This document shows positions 10,555-21,489 of a stretch of 64,000 nt of DNA, one piece after another. Both the position numbers and the translations under genes were made by a program. Origin of the DNA: Scenedesmus sp. PABB004 (lineage: Eukaryota); contig CM026547.1 of assembly GCA_014905635.1 (NCBI GenBank), positions 3,472,001 to 3,536,000 on the forward strand, given 5' to 3'. Every line of letters starts with the position of its first letter. Within the stretch, counting starts at the first letter, position 1. Under the pieces are notes generated by a model. That model was not told the DNA's origin. It saw nothing but the letters and a program-made list of their open reading frames with translations, and made no database searches.

Positions 10555-12132
10555 TTAGAGCACCGGCATGCGCGCGTCGACCTCCACCGCCCACGCCTCA
10601 TAGCCGCCGACCACGTCCACCGCCGCGACGCCCGCCGCGCGCAGCCGCTGCACCGCCAGCTGCGAGTGGTTGCCGCGCCGGCACATCACAAACACGCGCC
10701 GGCCGCCGCCGCCGCCGCTGCCGCTGGGCGCTGCGCCTGCGGGGGCGGCCTGCTGCTCCTGCTGCGTCTGCTGCTCCTGCTCCGCTCCGCAGAGGCGCAG
10801 CGCCTCGTCGAAGCGCCGCTCCCACGCGGCGTACGGCAGGTTGACCGCGCCCGGCAGCGCCATGACCGCAAACTGCTCCGCCGGCCGCACGTCCAGCAGC
10901 AGCGGCTGCTGCTGCGGCCCCTGCTGCCCCTGCTGCTGCGCCTGCTGCGGCTGCGCAGCCAGCGCGCCGGCGAGCTCGCGCGCGCCGACGCGCTGCTCCG
11001 GCGGCAGCACGCGCAGCGGCGGCGGCGCGCCGTCGCTCGCGGCCTGGCCGCCGGTGAAGGCAGCGTAGTCGTAGGCCGCGATGGCCTCGCCGGTGATGCT
11101 CGGCGCGTCGCCGCACGCGGCGCAGCCGGGCGACCGGCCGCGCAGCTTGATCGTCGTGAAGTGCCCGGCGAGGCCGTCGAAGAGCAGCAGCCGCCCCGCC
11201 AGCGGCTCGCCGCGCCGCGTGAGCAGCTTGACCGCCTCGAGCGCCTGCAGCACGCCCATCACGCCGGGGACGGGCCCCAGCACGCCCGCGTCGGCGCAGC
11301 GCGCGCACGCCGCCGGCGCGGGGCAGGCGGGGAAGAGGCAGCGGTAGCAGGGCCCGCCGCCGCCGGGGGCGCAGTACACGGTGAGCTGGCCCTCGCACCC
11401 CACCGCCGCGGCGCTCACGAGCGGCACGCGCGCCGCGGCGCACGCGTCGTTGATGAGGTAGCGCGTGGGCGCGTTGTCGCTCGCGTCGAGCACGACGTCG
11501 TGCGCGCGCACCAGCGCGAGCGCGTTGGCGGGCGTGAGCCCGCCCCGGTGCACCGACACGCGCACGCCGCTGTTCAGCGCCGCGACCGCCGCCGCCGCGC
11601 TGTCGGCCTTGTGCGCGCCGACGCGCGCCTCGGTGTGGATGACCTGGCGGTGCATGTTGCTGAGCTCCACGACGTCGTGGTCCACCAGGCCCAGCGCGCC
11701 CACGCCCGCGGCCGCGAGGTAGAGCGCGGCCGGCGAGCCGAGGCCGCCGCAGCCCACGATCAGCACGCGCCCGCCGCACAGCGCCGCCTGCGCCGCGACG
11801 CCAAAGGAGGGCAGCAGCAGCTGCCGGCTGTAGCGCTCCACCTGCGCCTTGCTGAGGCCGTGGTCGCCGACGGCCTGAGCGCCCGGCTGCTGCCGCTGCT
11901 CCGGCGCGCCGCCCGCTGCCGCCGCCGCCTCCGCTGCTGCCGCCGCCGCTGCGGTGCCGTGGAAGTCACACGCTGCGGCGTTCGCGCCCGGCGCAGGCGC
12001 GCCCTGGGGCCCGACGATGCCGTTTTGCCGCCGCTGCTGCTGGCCCGCCGCGCCGCCGCCGCGGGCCCGCAGCGCCTCCAGCTCGGCGCGGAGCACCGCG
12101 TTCTCGGCACGCAGCGCTTCCAGCTCCGCCAT
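10555..12132 (-). CDS. MOCS3: Adenylyltransferase/sulfurtransferase MOCS3/UBA4/CNX5, intronless
   Basis: RYSRQLLL, GCGGLG, SNMHRQVIH, DASDN, CYRC, CxxC, and C-terminal rhodanese LLDVRP...CRRGNHSQ...VDARMPVL. Confidence 0.95.
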   Translation of the reverse strand: MAELEALRAENAVLRAELEALRARGGGAAGQQQRRQNGIVGPQGAPAPGANAAACDFHGTAAAAAAAEAAAAAGGAPEQRQQPGAQAVGDHGLSKAQVERYSRQLLLPSFGVAAQAALCGGRVLIVGCGGLGSPAALYLAAAGVGALGLVDHDVVELSNMHRQVIHTEARVGAHKADSAAAAVAALNSGVRVSVHRGGLTPANALALVRAHDVVLDASDNAPTRYLINDACAAARVPLVSAAAVGCEGQLTVYCAPGGGGPCYRCLFPACPAPAACARCADAGVLGPVPGVMGVLQALEAVKLLTRRGEPLAGRLLLFDGLAGHFTTIKLRGRSPGCAACGDAPSITGEAIAAYDYAAFTGGQAASDGAPPPLRVLPPEQRVGARELAGALAAQPQQAQQQGQQGPQQQPLLLDVRPAEQFAVMALPGAVNLPYAAWERRFDEALRLCGAEQEQQTQQEQQAAPAGAAPSGSGGGGGRRVFVMCRRGNHSQLAVQRLRAAGVAAVDVVGGYEAWAVEVDARMPVL

Positions 12133-12317
12133 GGCACGGCGGACGCGGCTGTGGCGGCGGCGAGCGCGGCGCTGTGTGCGGTCGGGCGACACGCCTGCCG
12201 CCGTGCGCACCGCGAGCGTTCGCGCACGTTGCAAGCGGCGCACGCCGCCACTCACAGGCACACCTGCCACACCAGACCGCCGCGCTGCGCTGCAAAACCG
12301 CGGGGGCTCAAGCGCGG

Positions 12318-12752
12318 TCACGCCGCGCTGCGCACGGCGCGCGCACCGCCCCCACTCGCGCAGCCCGCGGCGAGGCTGCCGCAGTGCGTGGAGGCGCCCT
12401 CGGGCGTTGCGCCGCCGCCAGTCTCTGGCGTTGCCGCGTCGCCGCTGGCGCCGTCGCCGCCGACGCCGCCGGCTCCGCCATCGTCGCCGCAGCCCGCGCC
12501 CGCGCCCGGCAGCTGCTCGTCCGCGCCCGCGCCCGCGCCCGGCGGCGCGCCGCCGCCCGGCGCCGCGCCCCCGGCGGCGGCGCGCCGTGCAGCTCCACCA
12601 GCTTGAGGATGGCGTCCGCCGCCTGGCGCGCGATGTCCAGCACGCTGGGCAGGTCCCACAGCCCCGCCTCAAACCCGACCGCGAGGATGAGCTGCCCCAC
12701 GCGGTGCGCCGCCGCGAGCGCCGCCGCGCCGACGCCGCCGGCGCCCGCGCCG

Positions 12753-12787
<35 letters not shown>

Positions 12788-13133
12788 GCGCCGCGGGGCC
12801 GCCGCTGGAGCCGCCGCTGGACCCGGCCGCGCCGTCGCCGCCGCCGCCGCCGCCGCGCGCCGCCGCGGCCTCGGCGGCCGCCTCTGCGGCGGCGGCAGCG
12901 GCGGCCGCGCGGCCCGTCTTGGCGAGGTACGCCTCGTTGGCCTCTGCCACGCCCGCCCAGTGGTCGGTGAGGGACAGGTACGCGGCCACGCCGTCGGCGA
13001 GGTCGGCGCGGTCGCCCGAGCGGCCGCTGCCCTCCGCGAGCGGCAGCAGCTCGACCGCGGAGCTCGCCGAATTCTGCGTCCCGCTCTCGCCCGGCGACGG
13101 CCCGCCAAACGCGCCGCCGCCGCGCGCGCGCGC

Positions 13134-13168
<35 letters not shown>

Positions 13169-16100
13169 TCCGCCGCCGCCCGGCGCGCGCGCGGCGGGCG
13201 CTGCCATCGAACCCGCCGCCTGCCCTCCGCCGCCGCCGCCGCCGCCGCCGGCCTCGGCCGCGGCGGCCGCCGCGCCGCCGGGCGAGGCGCCGCTCGCGAG
13301 GTTGCGCAGCGTGGTGTTGAAGCCCTGCGTCTTGACGAACAGCAGGTTGCTGCTCGCGACGGCGTCGAGCTTGTCCGCGAGCAGGCGCACGCCGGCGTAA
13401 GCGTAGTCGAGCGCCGTCATCGCGGCGCGGCGCTGCCCCGCGCGCTGCACGATCTGGGCCTTGGCGAGCTTCGCGCACGCGCGCACGGTGTTGGCGGCCT
13501 CGGTCAGGTGCGCCTTGTAGGCCTGCTGCTTGCTCACGCTCGCGACGCTCACGCCGCCGCTGCCCGCAAAGGAGTGCGCCCACTCGAGGCACTTCATGCC
13601 GGAGGAGAGGTGCAGCAGCAGCGCGCGCACGTCCCAGCCACGGCTCGCCGCGACCTTGGCCGCCGCCGACTTGAGGTTGTACGACTCGAGCTCCAGCGTC
13701 GCCGACGACCTGCGGCGCGCGGGCAGAGCGTGGGCAGGTGCACGGGCGCGCGGGCGGGCGGCGGCGCGCGTGGGTGACGTGGGGCCCGCGGGGCGCGGCC
13801 CGCGCGGGGCGCGGCGCAGCGTGGAGCCCGCCCCAGCCGCGGCGCCGCCGCACTTGAACGAGGGCGTGTCCAGGCTCGAGAGGCTGTGCTGCAGCGCCTC
13901 CAGCGCGACCAGCTGGTACTCGGCCGCGCACTGCCCCGCCTCGACCAGGCTCGCGCGCAGCGACCCGCCCACGCCGCCGGGCGGCGACGCGGGCGCGCCG
14001 CCGCCGCCGCTGGCCGCCGGCGATGCCAGCGGGACCGCGGTGGGCGTGAGGCTGCCCTTGTCAGCGCCGCCCTTGCCGCCCTCGCCGCCCACCAGCAGCG
14101 CGGGCGGGCGGCGCGCGCCCGCCGCGCCGGGCTCGCCGCCGCCGCCGCTGCCGCGGCCGGCCGCCGGCGTCGAGCCCTGGCGGCTGCCGCCGCCGCCGCC
14201 GCCGCCGCCGCCGCGCTGCTGGCTGCCCGCGGAGCCGGCCCGGCTCGCCTCGCCCTGGCGCCGCGCGCCCGGCAGCTGCGGCGCGATGGGCTGCTGCCGC
14301 GCCTGCTCCTGCAGCTCCGCCTCGACCTCGTCGCCGAGCGCGGCGCTGCCGCGCGGCGCGTCCTGCGGCGTGAGCGCCGCGCCGCCGCCGTCGGGCGTGA
14401 CGGCCGCGCCGGAGCGCTCGACGCCGCTGAGCGGGCGGCTCGCGCCGCGGCCGGGCGCCGCCTGGCTGCCCGCGCGCTTGGGGTCGGCGCTGCTGCGCCG
14501 CGCCGCGTCGCCGCCGGTGTCGCCGCTGTCGCGCGGCTCCGAGTCGCGCCGCGCGCGCTTGCCGGCGCGCTCAGGGCTGGCCGAGCCCGCCAGCCCGCCG
14601 CCGCGGCCGGGCTCCGCCGTCTCCCCGCTGCCGGCCTGCAGCAGCAGCTTGGTCTTTGCGTCCCAGCGGTTGCCGTGCCGGTCGTGCACAAAGCCGTCGC
14701 GGCCGCGCCAGTAGAAGAGCGTGGGGTCGGCCGGCGGCGGGTTGGGGCAGTACATGGGGTTGGTGAAGCTGCCCACGCGCACGCCCTCGCCGCCGGGCGC
14801 GCCCGCCGCCGGCGCCGGCGCCGGCGCCGCCGGCGCGCCGCGGCTGTGGTCGCGGCTGCGGCTGCGGCCGCGGCTGCGGCCGCGCGGGCTCTCCCTGCTC
14901 CAGCCCCTGCTGCGCTCGCGGCTGCGGTCGCGGGGCCGCTCGCGGCTGCGCGCGCGGTCGGGGCTCCTGCCGCGCTTGCCGCCCGCCCGCTGCTGCCGGT
15001 CCGCGCTGCTGCTGCTGACGGCGCGCAGCGAAGTGCTGCCGGTCGGCTGCAGCCGCCGCTTGTCGCTCGCGCCGGCGGCGCCGGGCTTCCCCGCCCGGCT
15101 GCCTTCGCCGCCGCCGTCGGCGGCCGCCAGGGCTGCGGCGTCGCCCGAGCTGCTGGCGCGCTTGAGCCGGCTCGGTGGGCGCTGCGACCCCAGCCCATGC
15201 GACGCCTCCTGCGACGGCTGCAGCTGCAGCTTGGCCGCGCTGCTGCTGCGCCCGAGCGGCGGCTTGCCGGCCGGCTCGGGCGTGCGCTCCCGGCCCGCCG
15301 CGCGCTCGCCGGCCCTGCTGCGCTCGCGGCTCCTGCTGCGGGTTCTGCTCCGCTCCCGGCCCCTGCTGCGCTGCCTTGACCGCGCCCGGTCTGCGCTGCG
15401 GCCGCGGCTGGGGCTCCGGCTGTGCCGCCGCCCGCCGCGCCGGGCGCCGCCGCTGCGGTCGCGGCTCACACTGCGGCTGCGCCCCCTGCCGCGCTCGCCG
15501 CGGTCGCGCCGGTTGCTGCCCCGGGGGCTGCGGCTCCTGCTGCGCCGCGGCGGGGTGCGGCTCCTGCTGCGCCGCGGCGGGGTGCGGCTCCTGCTGCGCC
15601 GCGGCGGGGTGCGGCTGCGGCGCTGGCGGCCGTAGCGGCCCCTGGGGCTGCCCGAGCGCGAGCGCGAGCGGTGGCCGCTCCCCGCGCCCCGGAGCCGCCC
15701 GCTCGAGTACTGCCGGCTGCTGCGGTCGGGCTCGGCGCCCCGGCTGCCGCTGCGCCGCCGCGCCCGGCGCTGCCCCGACCTGCTGCGCGACCGAGGCGTG
15801 GCGGAGCGGCTCATGCTCCGGCCGCGTCCCCTGCTCCTGCTCCTGCTCCTGGTCCCGCTGCGCCGCCTGCCCCGGCCCGGCGAGCTGCTGCGCCGCTGGT
15901 CCTGGTGGGCGGGCAGCTGCGACGGCTGCTTTGACAGCTGCCCCTGCAGCTGACCCGACACCGCGGCCGCCAGGGCCGCCGCCGCCGCGGCGGCCAGCGC
16001 CGCTGCGCCCGGCGCCAGCGTCTGCACGGCCGGCACCACCAGCGTCTGCACGGCCGGCACCACCAGCGGCGGCGCTGCCGCGTGCAGCACGGGCGCGCCG

Positions 16101-16720
16101 CCGGCGTCGCCCATCGACAGCATGCTCGGGATCAGCTTGGGCGCGGCCGGCGACGGCAGCGGCTGCTGCTCCGCGCCCGCGTCGCCGACCGGCGACGGCA
16201 GCACCAGCGGCGCCTGCGCGCTCGCCGGCAGCAGCGCCTGCTGCTGCGTCGCCTCGGCGGCGTCAAACTCTGGGCTGCCCGCCTCGTCAAAGGCCGCCGC
16301 GGCGGCCGCCGACAGCTGCTGCGCCTTGCCCGGCGCCGCGATCTTGAACCCAGGCACACCCAGCCGCCCGCCGCGCCCGAGGCGCGACGCGCCCGCGCCC
16401 AGCCGCGGCTGGGCGCCGCCCGCCGCCAGCGACGCGCTGCGCAGCTCGCCCGGCTCCAGCGAGGCCCCCACGCCCCGGCCGATCTCGCCGCTTTCCAGCG
16501 TGGCGCCGCGCCGCGCCGCGAGCTGGACGGCCGCGGCCGCGACGCCCGCGCCGGCGCCGCCGGCGGGGGGCGGGCCGTCCTTGAGCGCCGCAAACGGCGA
16601 CGCCGCTGGCGTCGCGTCGGCGCCGGCGTGCGCCGCGACGGCGCGCAGCTCGCCCTCCTCGAAGGACGGCGCGCCGAGCAGCGCGCCGTCGGGCCGCCCC
16701 GCGCCGCCCGCGCCGCTCAT
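12318..16720 (-). CDS. Large RS/low-complexity nuclear-type protein with a C-terminal helical domain resembling the AF4/FMR2 CHD (plant CWZF THD); apparent frameshifts near the 3' end
   Basis: RSRSRS and RSRTPPR repeats; helical region ESYNLKSAAAKV...LLHLSSGMKCLEWAHSF...AMTALDYAYAGVRLL...GFEAGLWDLPSVLDIARQAADAI; intron ~13711-13851. Confidence 0.65.
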
Positions 16721-17072
16721 GGCGCCGGGGCGGCGGCGCTCCCGGCTGTGGGATCCAGGCCACCTGCCCGCGGGCCCGACCCCCCCTGCGGCGAGCGGCG
16801 CAGCGCGGTCGAGCGGCGCCGCGGCAACAGCAGCGGCCGCAACTGCCGCGCCCGCCGCCGCGCAGCGGCGCGGAGCGCCGCCAGCGCGGCCTCGCGGGGC
16901 CGTGCTTGCGCTGGGGCCACGGGAGGGGGGGGGGGCGCCGGCGCAACAGCAGCCCGCGTGGCGCGGACGGGGGCCGGCGAGCGCGAGCGGCCCCCCTCCC
17001 GCCCCGCCGCGGGCCCGCGGCCCCCCGAGGCTGTCACCGGAGGGCGAGGCACTCACCCACTGCGTTTCCGGC

Positions 17073-18079
17073 CGGCGAGGCGCTGGGCCTCGAGCCGGGC
17101 GCTGCGCCGCGATCGCCGCCTCTCGCCGCTGCCGCCGCCCGACGGCGCACGCACGCGCGGCGGCGGCCCGCTGCTGCCTGCTCTGCGTGGCGGTCTGGCC
17201 GTGCCGAACACAGGCCAGCAGCGCGCCGCGTGGCGGCGCGGTGAACCCCGCGCTTGAGCGCACGCCCCGCTTGCCTCGGCGTGCCCGCCCGCGAGTGCTT
17301 CTGCCCGCCCGCGGGTGCTTCTGCAGCACCGCCGTCAACGCCGCCACAGCCAGCACCACCATCACCACCGCGCCGCCACCAAACCGCGGCGCACACCTTT
17401 CGCTCGCTCGCTCGCCCGAGGACCGGGCCCCGCCGCCGCGTGCCCCCCGCCCGGCGGCGCGGCCAATTGTACACACGCCCAAACCAAAGCCCTCGCTAGC
17501 TGCTGCCGCCCAGCACAAACTTGACGACGCGCGCGGCGAAGCGCTGCGCCAGCTGCTGCGACACCTCGCGGACCAGCTGCGCCGCGCCGGGCTGCGCGGC
17601 GAGCTGCTGCAGCTGCGGCATCGACTGCGCCAGCGAGCCCTGCACCGACGCGAGCAGCGGCTGCACGTCCTGCGCCGTCAGCAGCCCAAACGGCCCCGAG
17701 CCCGGCGGCAGCTGCAGCTGCAGCGGCGGCGGCGCCGGCGCACCGTCCGCGCCCGCCGGCGCGAGCCGCGCCGCGACCGTGCTCGCCAGCAGCGCGGCGC
17801 GCGCGGCCGCCTCCTCCTCGCGCGGCTGCACCGGCACCAGCCTGTTGGCCAGCTCCACGTTGTTGAAGCTGCGGCACCGCGGCGGCGGTGGGCGCGCGTC
17901 AGCGGCGGCGGCACCCGTCAGCAGCAGCGCGCGGCGCGGCGGCGCGGCGGCGCGGCGTTGCGGCGGCGCGGCGGAGCCCCCGCGCGTCGCGCCTGGCGGC
18001 GATGCGGTCACGCGCGTTGACGGCCGCGGCGGCGTCGATCATGCGCGCGGCCTCGACCGCGAGGCGGCTGCATATGGCC
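17073..18079 (-). repeat. Direct-repeat copy A: duplicated last exons and 3' flank of the ABC1 kinase gene (5'-truncated fragment)
   Basis: Near-identical to 26411-27381 with scattered substitutions and small indels; encodes [13 protein letters not shown]...[13 protein letters not shown]...[10 protein letters not shown]. Confidence 0.95.
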
Positions 18080-18108
18080 TGCGAGGCCGTGTGTGTGGGG
18101 CGTGACTT

Positions 18109-18313
18109 TGTTACAAGCGCATGTGGCGTGCGGAGGCTTTTTAGGACTCGCGGCAGACTCTTCATGTTCATCCAGTCAGCGAGAACAGCTCACGCATCGC
18201 AGCACGCGCGCAACAGCTTGCGCGGGCAGGTGCCGTGCGCAGCAGGCAGCAGGTATTTGCCAGGTGCAGGGGAGCAGGGCAACAGTCAGCCAGAGTGCTG
18301 ACCTGCAACACGC
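18109..18313 (-). repeat. Inverted-repeat arm 1 (3' UTR of the AUX1/LAX-like gene, with TGTAA at 18111-18115 on the minus strand)
   Basis: Reverse complement matches 22846-23067 (gcgtgttgcaggtcagcactctggctgactgttgccctgctcccctgcacctg...). Confidence 0.85.
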
Positions 18314-18334
18314 GGCCTCCCGGCACCGCCTCCG

Positions 18335-20777
18335 TCAGCAGTTGTAGCACTTGGCGAATACGCCGAAAGACCCGATGCTCTCCACCAGGGCGAGCACAGA
18401 GGCGTAGCCGCCAAAGCCAAAGCCGCAAACGGCCGTGACGGCGATCACCAAGTAATTGATCGCAAACACACCCTTCCATCCGATGAACCTGCGGCGGCAG
18501 ACGGAAGGGGGGGTGGGAGTGCAGCAGGGGAGGTTGTGTTAAGGAGCAGTGGCGAGCGAAGACAGGTGGAGTGCCGGACCGGCACGGCGAGAGCGAGGAG
18601 GTTGGCAGCGGCGGCAGCGCCCGCTAGCTCACTTCAGCGGCTTGAAGAGCGCGCGCGCCTGGCGCTCCGGCTTGCCCTGGTAGTACATGTTGAAGGCCAC
18701 AGCAGGAATGATGTACGTCTGTGTGAAGGGGGCGGTAGATTGAGGAGCGGGGCAGGGGCACACGACGTGCAGGAGCAAGTGAGCGCAAGGTTTAAAGCAC
18801 CGCTCCGCTCCCCCCAGGCTGGCAAAGCTCTAACACTTGGAAGCAGCAGCGCACCTCAAAGGTCACGGCAAAGGCGCCCAGCAGGTCGTTGATCACGCCG
18901 AAGAACGGGACAAGCAGCGCAATGAACCAGACAAACAAGGCGACGGGCAGGCGCGACGGCAGCCTGATCCACAGCGGCTTGGTGTGGGTGCGGCACAGCT
19001 TCTCCCACATGATGCACACTGCAGCGGGAGCAGCGTGGGGTGCGGCAGGCAGGTGTGTCGTGCATAGGGAGCATGGCAGCAGTTGATGACAGCAGCAGGG
19101 CAAAACGGGCAAAGTGAGAGGCCGGGCAGCAGCGCCAGCGCGCTCACCCGGCAGGATGAAGAGCCCGTAGGCCACCAGCTGGTGAGCAACCATCATCACG
19201 ATGCCAACGACCTGCAGGCCGGGTAAAGGCGGCAGAGCAGCAGGCAGCGGCGGGAGGGCGGCCATGAGCACCAGAGGGAGGGCCGCACCGTAGCAGCAAG
19301 CACCCGCGTCATGTCTGCCAGCAGCCGCCCGTGCAAGCGCCCAGCAAGCCCTGCCCGCACCTTGGCCGGCGACTGTGGGAAGATGGCAAAGGCGTTGCCG
19401 TACTTGGCGGCCTCGTCGGGGAAGGCGAGGAATGTGAAGATTGCATTTGGCAACGTGAGGGTGGCGGTCACGTAGAGCAGGGCGAAGGTGAAGGCCTTGG
19501 GGAACTTGCTGGGCCGGAACTGCGCGAGGGGGAGGGAGCAGGTACGTGTCAGCAGCAGGCAAGGCAGGGCAGAGCAGGCAGGGGAGGGCAGGGCAGGGCA
19601 GGGCGAGCAGCCGCAAGGGCAAAGGACAGCGCCAGCGGCGGCGCACACCTGGCTGTCGAGCACCTCCAGGAGCATGCAGTGGCCGCCGAAGCAGAACAGA
19701 ATGTTGGAGAGCCCTGCGTAAGGGCACCAGCGGGGGCAGGAGCAAAAGTCAGTTGGGCTCAGCCACCAGCACGCTCGCGCTCAGCCAGCGCTTCGCCCTG
19801 CCTGCGCTTCCTCTCCGCCTCCCCACACGCCCCCCCCCCCTCCCAACAGTCCCCTTCACCTGCAAACAGAGGCTCCAAGCCCATTGGCGGCCTGGAGGCG
19901 GCGCTGCGGTCGAGCCCGTGGGTCCACGACACCGCCATCATGTACCTATGCAGGGGAGGAGCAGGTCAGGGCGCGGGGGAGAGGAGGGTCAGGGCGCGGC
20001 ACCTGACACGTGCACCCCCAACCAGCCCATGCGCAACGCAGTGTCAAGGCCGACGCCTCATCCGGCCGCGCATGCGCCCCGCGAGGAGGTGAGCGCGTGC
20101 GCACCAGGAGGTGTAGGTGGTGCCCACCAGCGCGAGGAAGGCGAAGATGCGCATGTTCCTGAAGCTCGGCACGAAGACCATGAGGGTCGCGATCGCGCCG
20201 AAGATGAAGGTGAAGTCCCTCTTGTTGAGCCCCGTGCCCAGGGAGTAGAAGTTGGAGGCGGACGCGATGATCTGCGCCACCGCCAGGCCGAGCAGCTCGA
20301 TGATGTTGAAGAAGCGAGCCGTCTCGCCCAGCCAGCGGCGGCCGGTGGTCTCGCGGATGACGTTGTGGTACTGCGTGACGTGCGTGCGCCTGGCGGCCTC
20401 CTTGTCATTGTACCAGGCGCCGTTCTTGAGCTGCAAGCGTGAGTGGGAGATGGGTGGGCGTTGGAGGGCGTGTGGGTGTGAGAGGGCCGTCGGCAGCGAC
20501 AGGTGCAGAAAAGGCGCGGGCTGGGCTGGGGCGGCGCCCCAGCCAGCAGCCGGGGGCCGCGCGGGAGGCGCGGGAGGAGAACCTGCGCGCAGCCCTGTTG
20601 AGCTCTTGGCCCACCCCCGAGCGCCCGCTCACCGCCGTGCGCTTGAACTCGTGGTACAGGGCGGAGAGCAGCCAGAGGGTGTACACGGCGGCGGACGCGG
20701 CCGTGATCTGGAACAGCGTGCCCAGGCCCAGGCCGCACTTGGCCATCGAGTTGGGGAGGTTGAGGATGACTTGGCCG

Positions 20778-20856
<79 letters not shown>

Positions 20857-21322
20857 GGGGGGGGGCAGGCCGCGGTGCCGAGCGCGCAGCAAGAGCAGGT
20901 GGGAAGTGTTGGGGGGAGACAGGCGGCGGCGCCGAGAACGCAGCAAAAAGCAGTGAGAAGAGCGAAGGGCGGCGGCGCACCTGGGCTGACGCGGCCGTGA
21001 GGAAGGCGTCGGCGGGCGAGCCACCCTCCCACAGCAGCTTCTTCCACGCCGGGACCTTGATCAGGCTCTTGGCGGGTGTGCCAGCGGCAGGCACCTCATC
21101 CAGCTCGCGCTTGTCCTCGTACTCGACCAACACGTGTGCTGCGCGGCGACAAGCGACGGGGGCAGGCGTGAGCCTGGGAGCTGCCCCGCGATGCCTGAGG
21201 CTGGCCTGATCTACCACTAGAGCGCACTGGAGCGCCTGCCGCTCCCACAGGGCCCGCCCTGCGCCCGCCGGCATACCGTCAGCATCGTGCACATGTTTGG
21301 AGAAGCTCGTGTCTCGCGCCAT
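18335..21322 (-). CDS. AUX1/LAX-like amino acid/auxin permease (AAAP family), full length, about 11 exons
   Basis: LWEGGSPADAFLTAASAQVGQVILNLP, QIIASASNFY, KRDFTFIFGA, FVPSFRNMRI, TTYTSWY, NILFCFGGH, NAFAIFP, HQLVAYG, RLPVALFVWFIALLVPFFGVIN, GFGFGGYAS, FGVFAKCYNC*; collinear with plant AUX1 motifs. Confidence 0.92.
20781..20852 (+). repeat. (TG)n microsatellite in an AUX1-like intron
   Basis: Direct observation. Confidence 0.95.
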
Positions 21323-21489
21323 GACTCCTGCTTGGATGCCAGCTGCTTGACGAGGAGGCAAGGGTGGGGAGGGAGTTGTTGAAGGCGCCGTTGTGGTCGC
21401 GGGGTGGCAGGACGGAAAGGCGGCCGGAAGGCACGGCCGGCGTTCCTGTATGGAACGCGGACTCGGGCGGCGGCAGGCATCGCCGATGG

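Noticed and set aside
15526..15615. 24-bp tandem repeats as a possible CRISPR-like array
   Set aside because: No spacers; they encode RSRTPPRR repeats in a protein, and there are no cas genes.
16720..17518. N-terminal extension of the 1736-aa ORF
   Set aside because: It runs into the duplicated ABC1K 3' flank and starts at a non-ATG codon; the ATG at 16720 is the more plausible start.
17496..18079. ABC1K C-terminal ORF as an independent gene
   Set aside because: 5'-truncated duplicate with no kinase domain or credible start.
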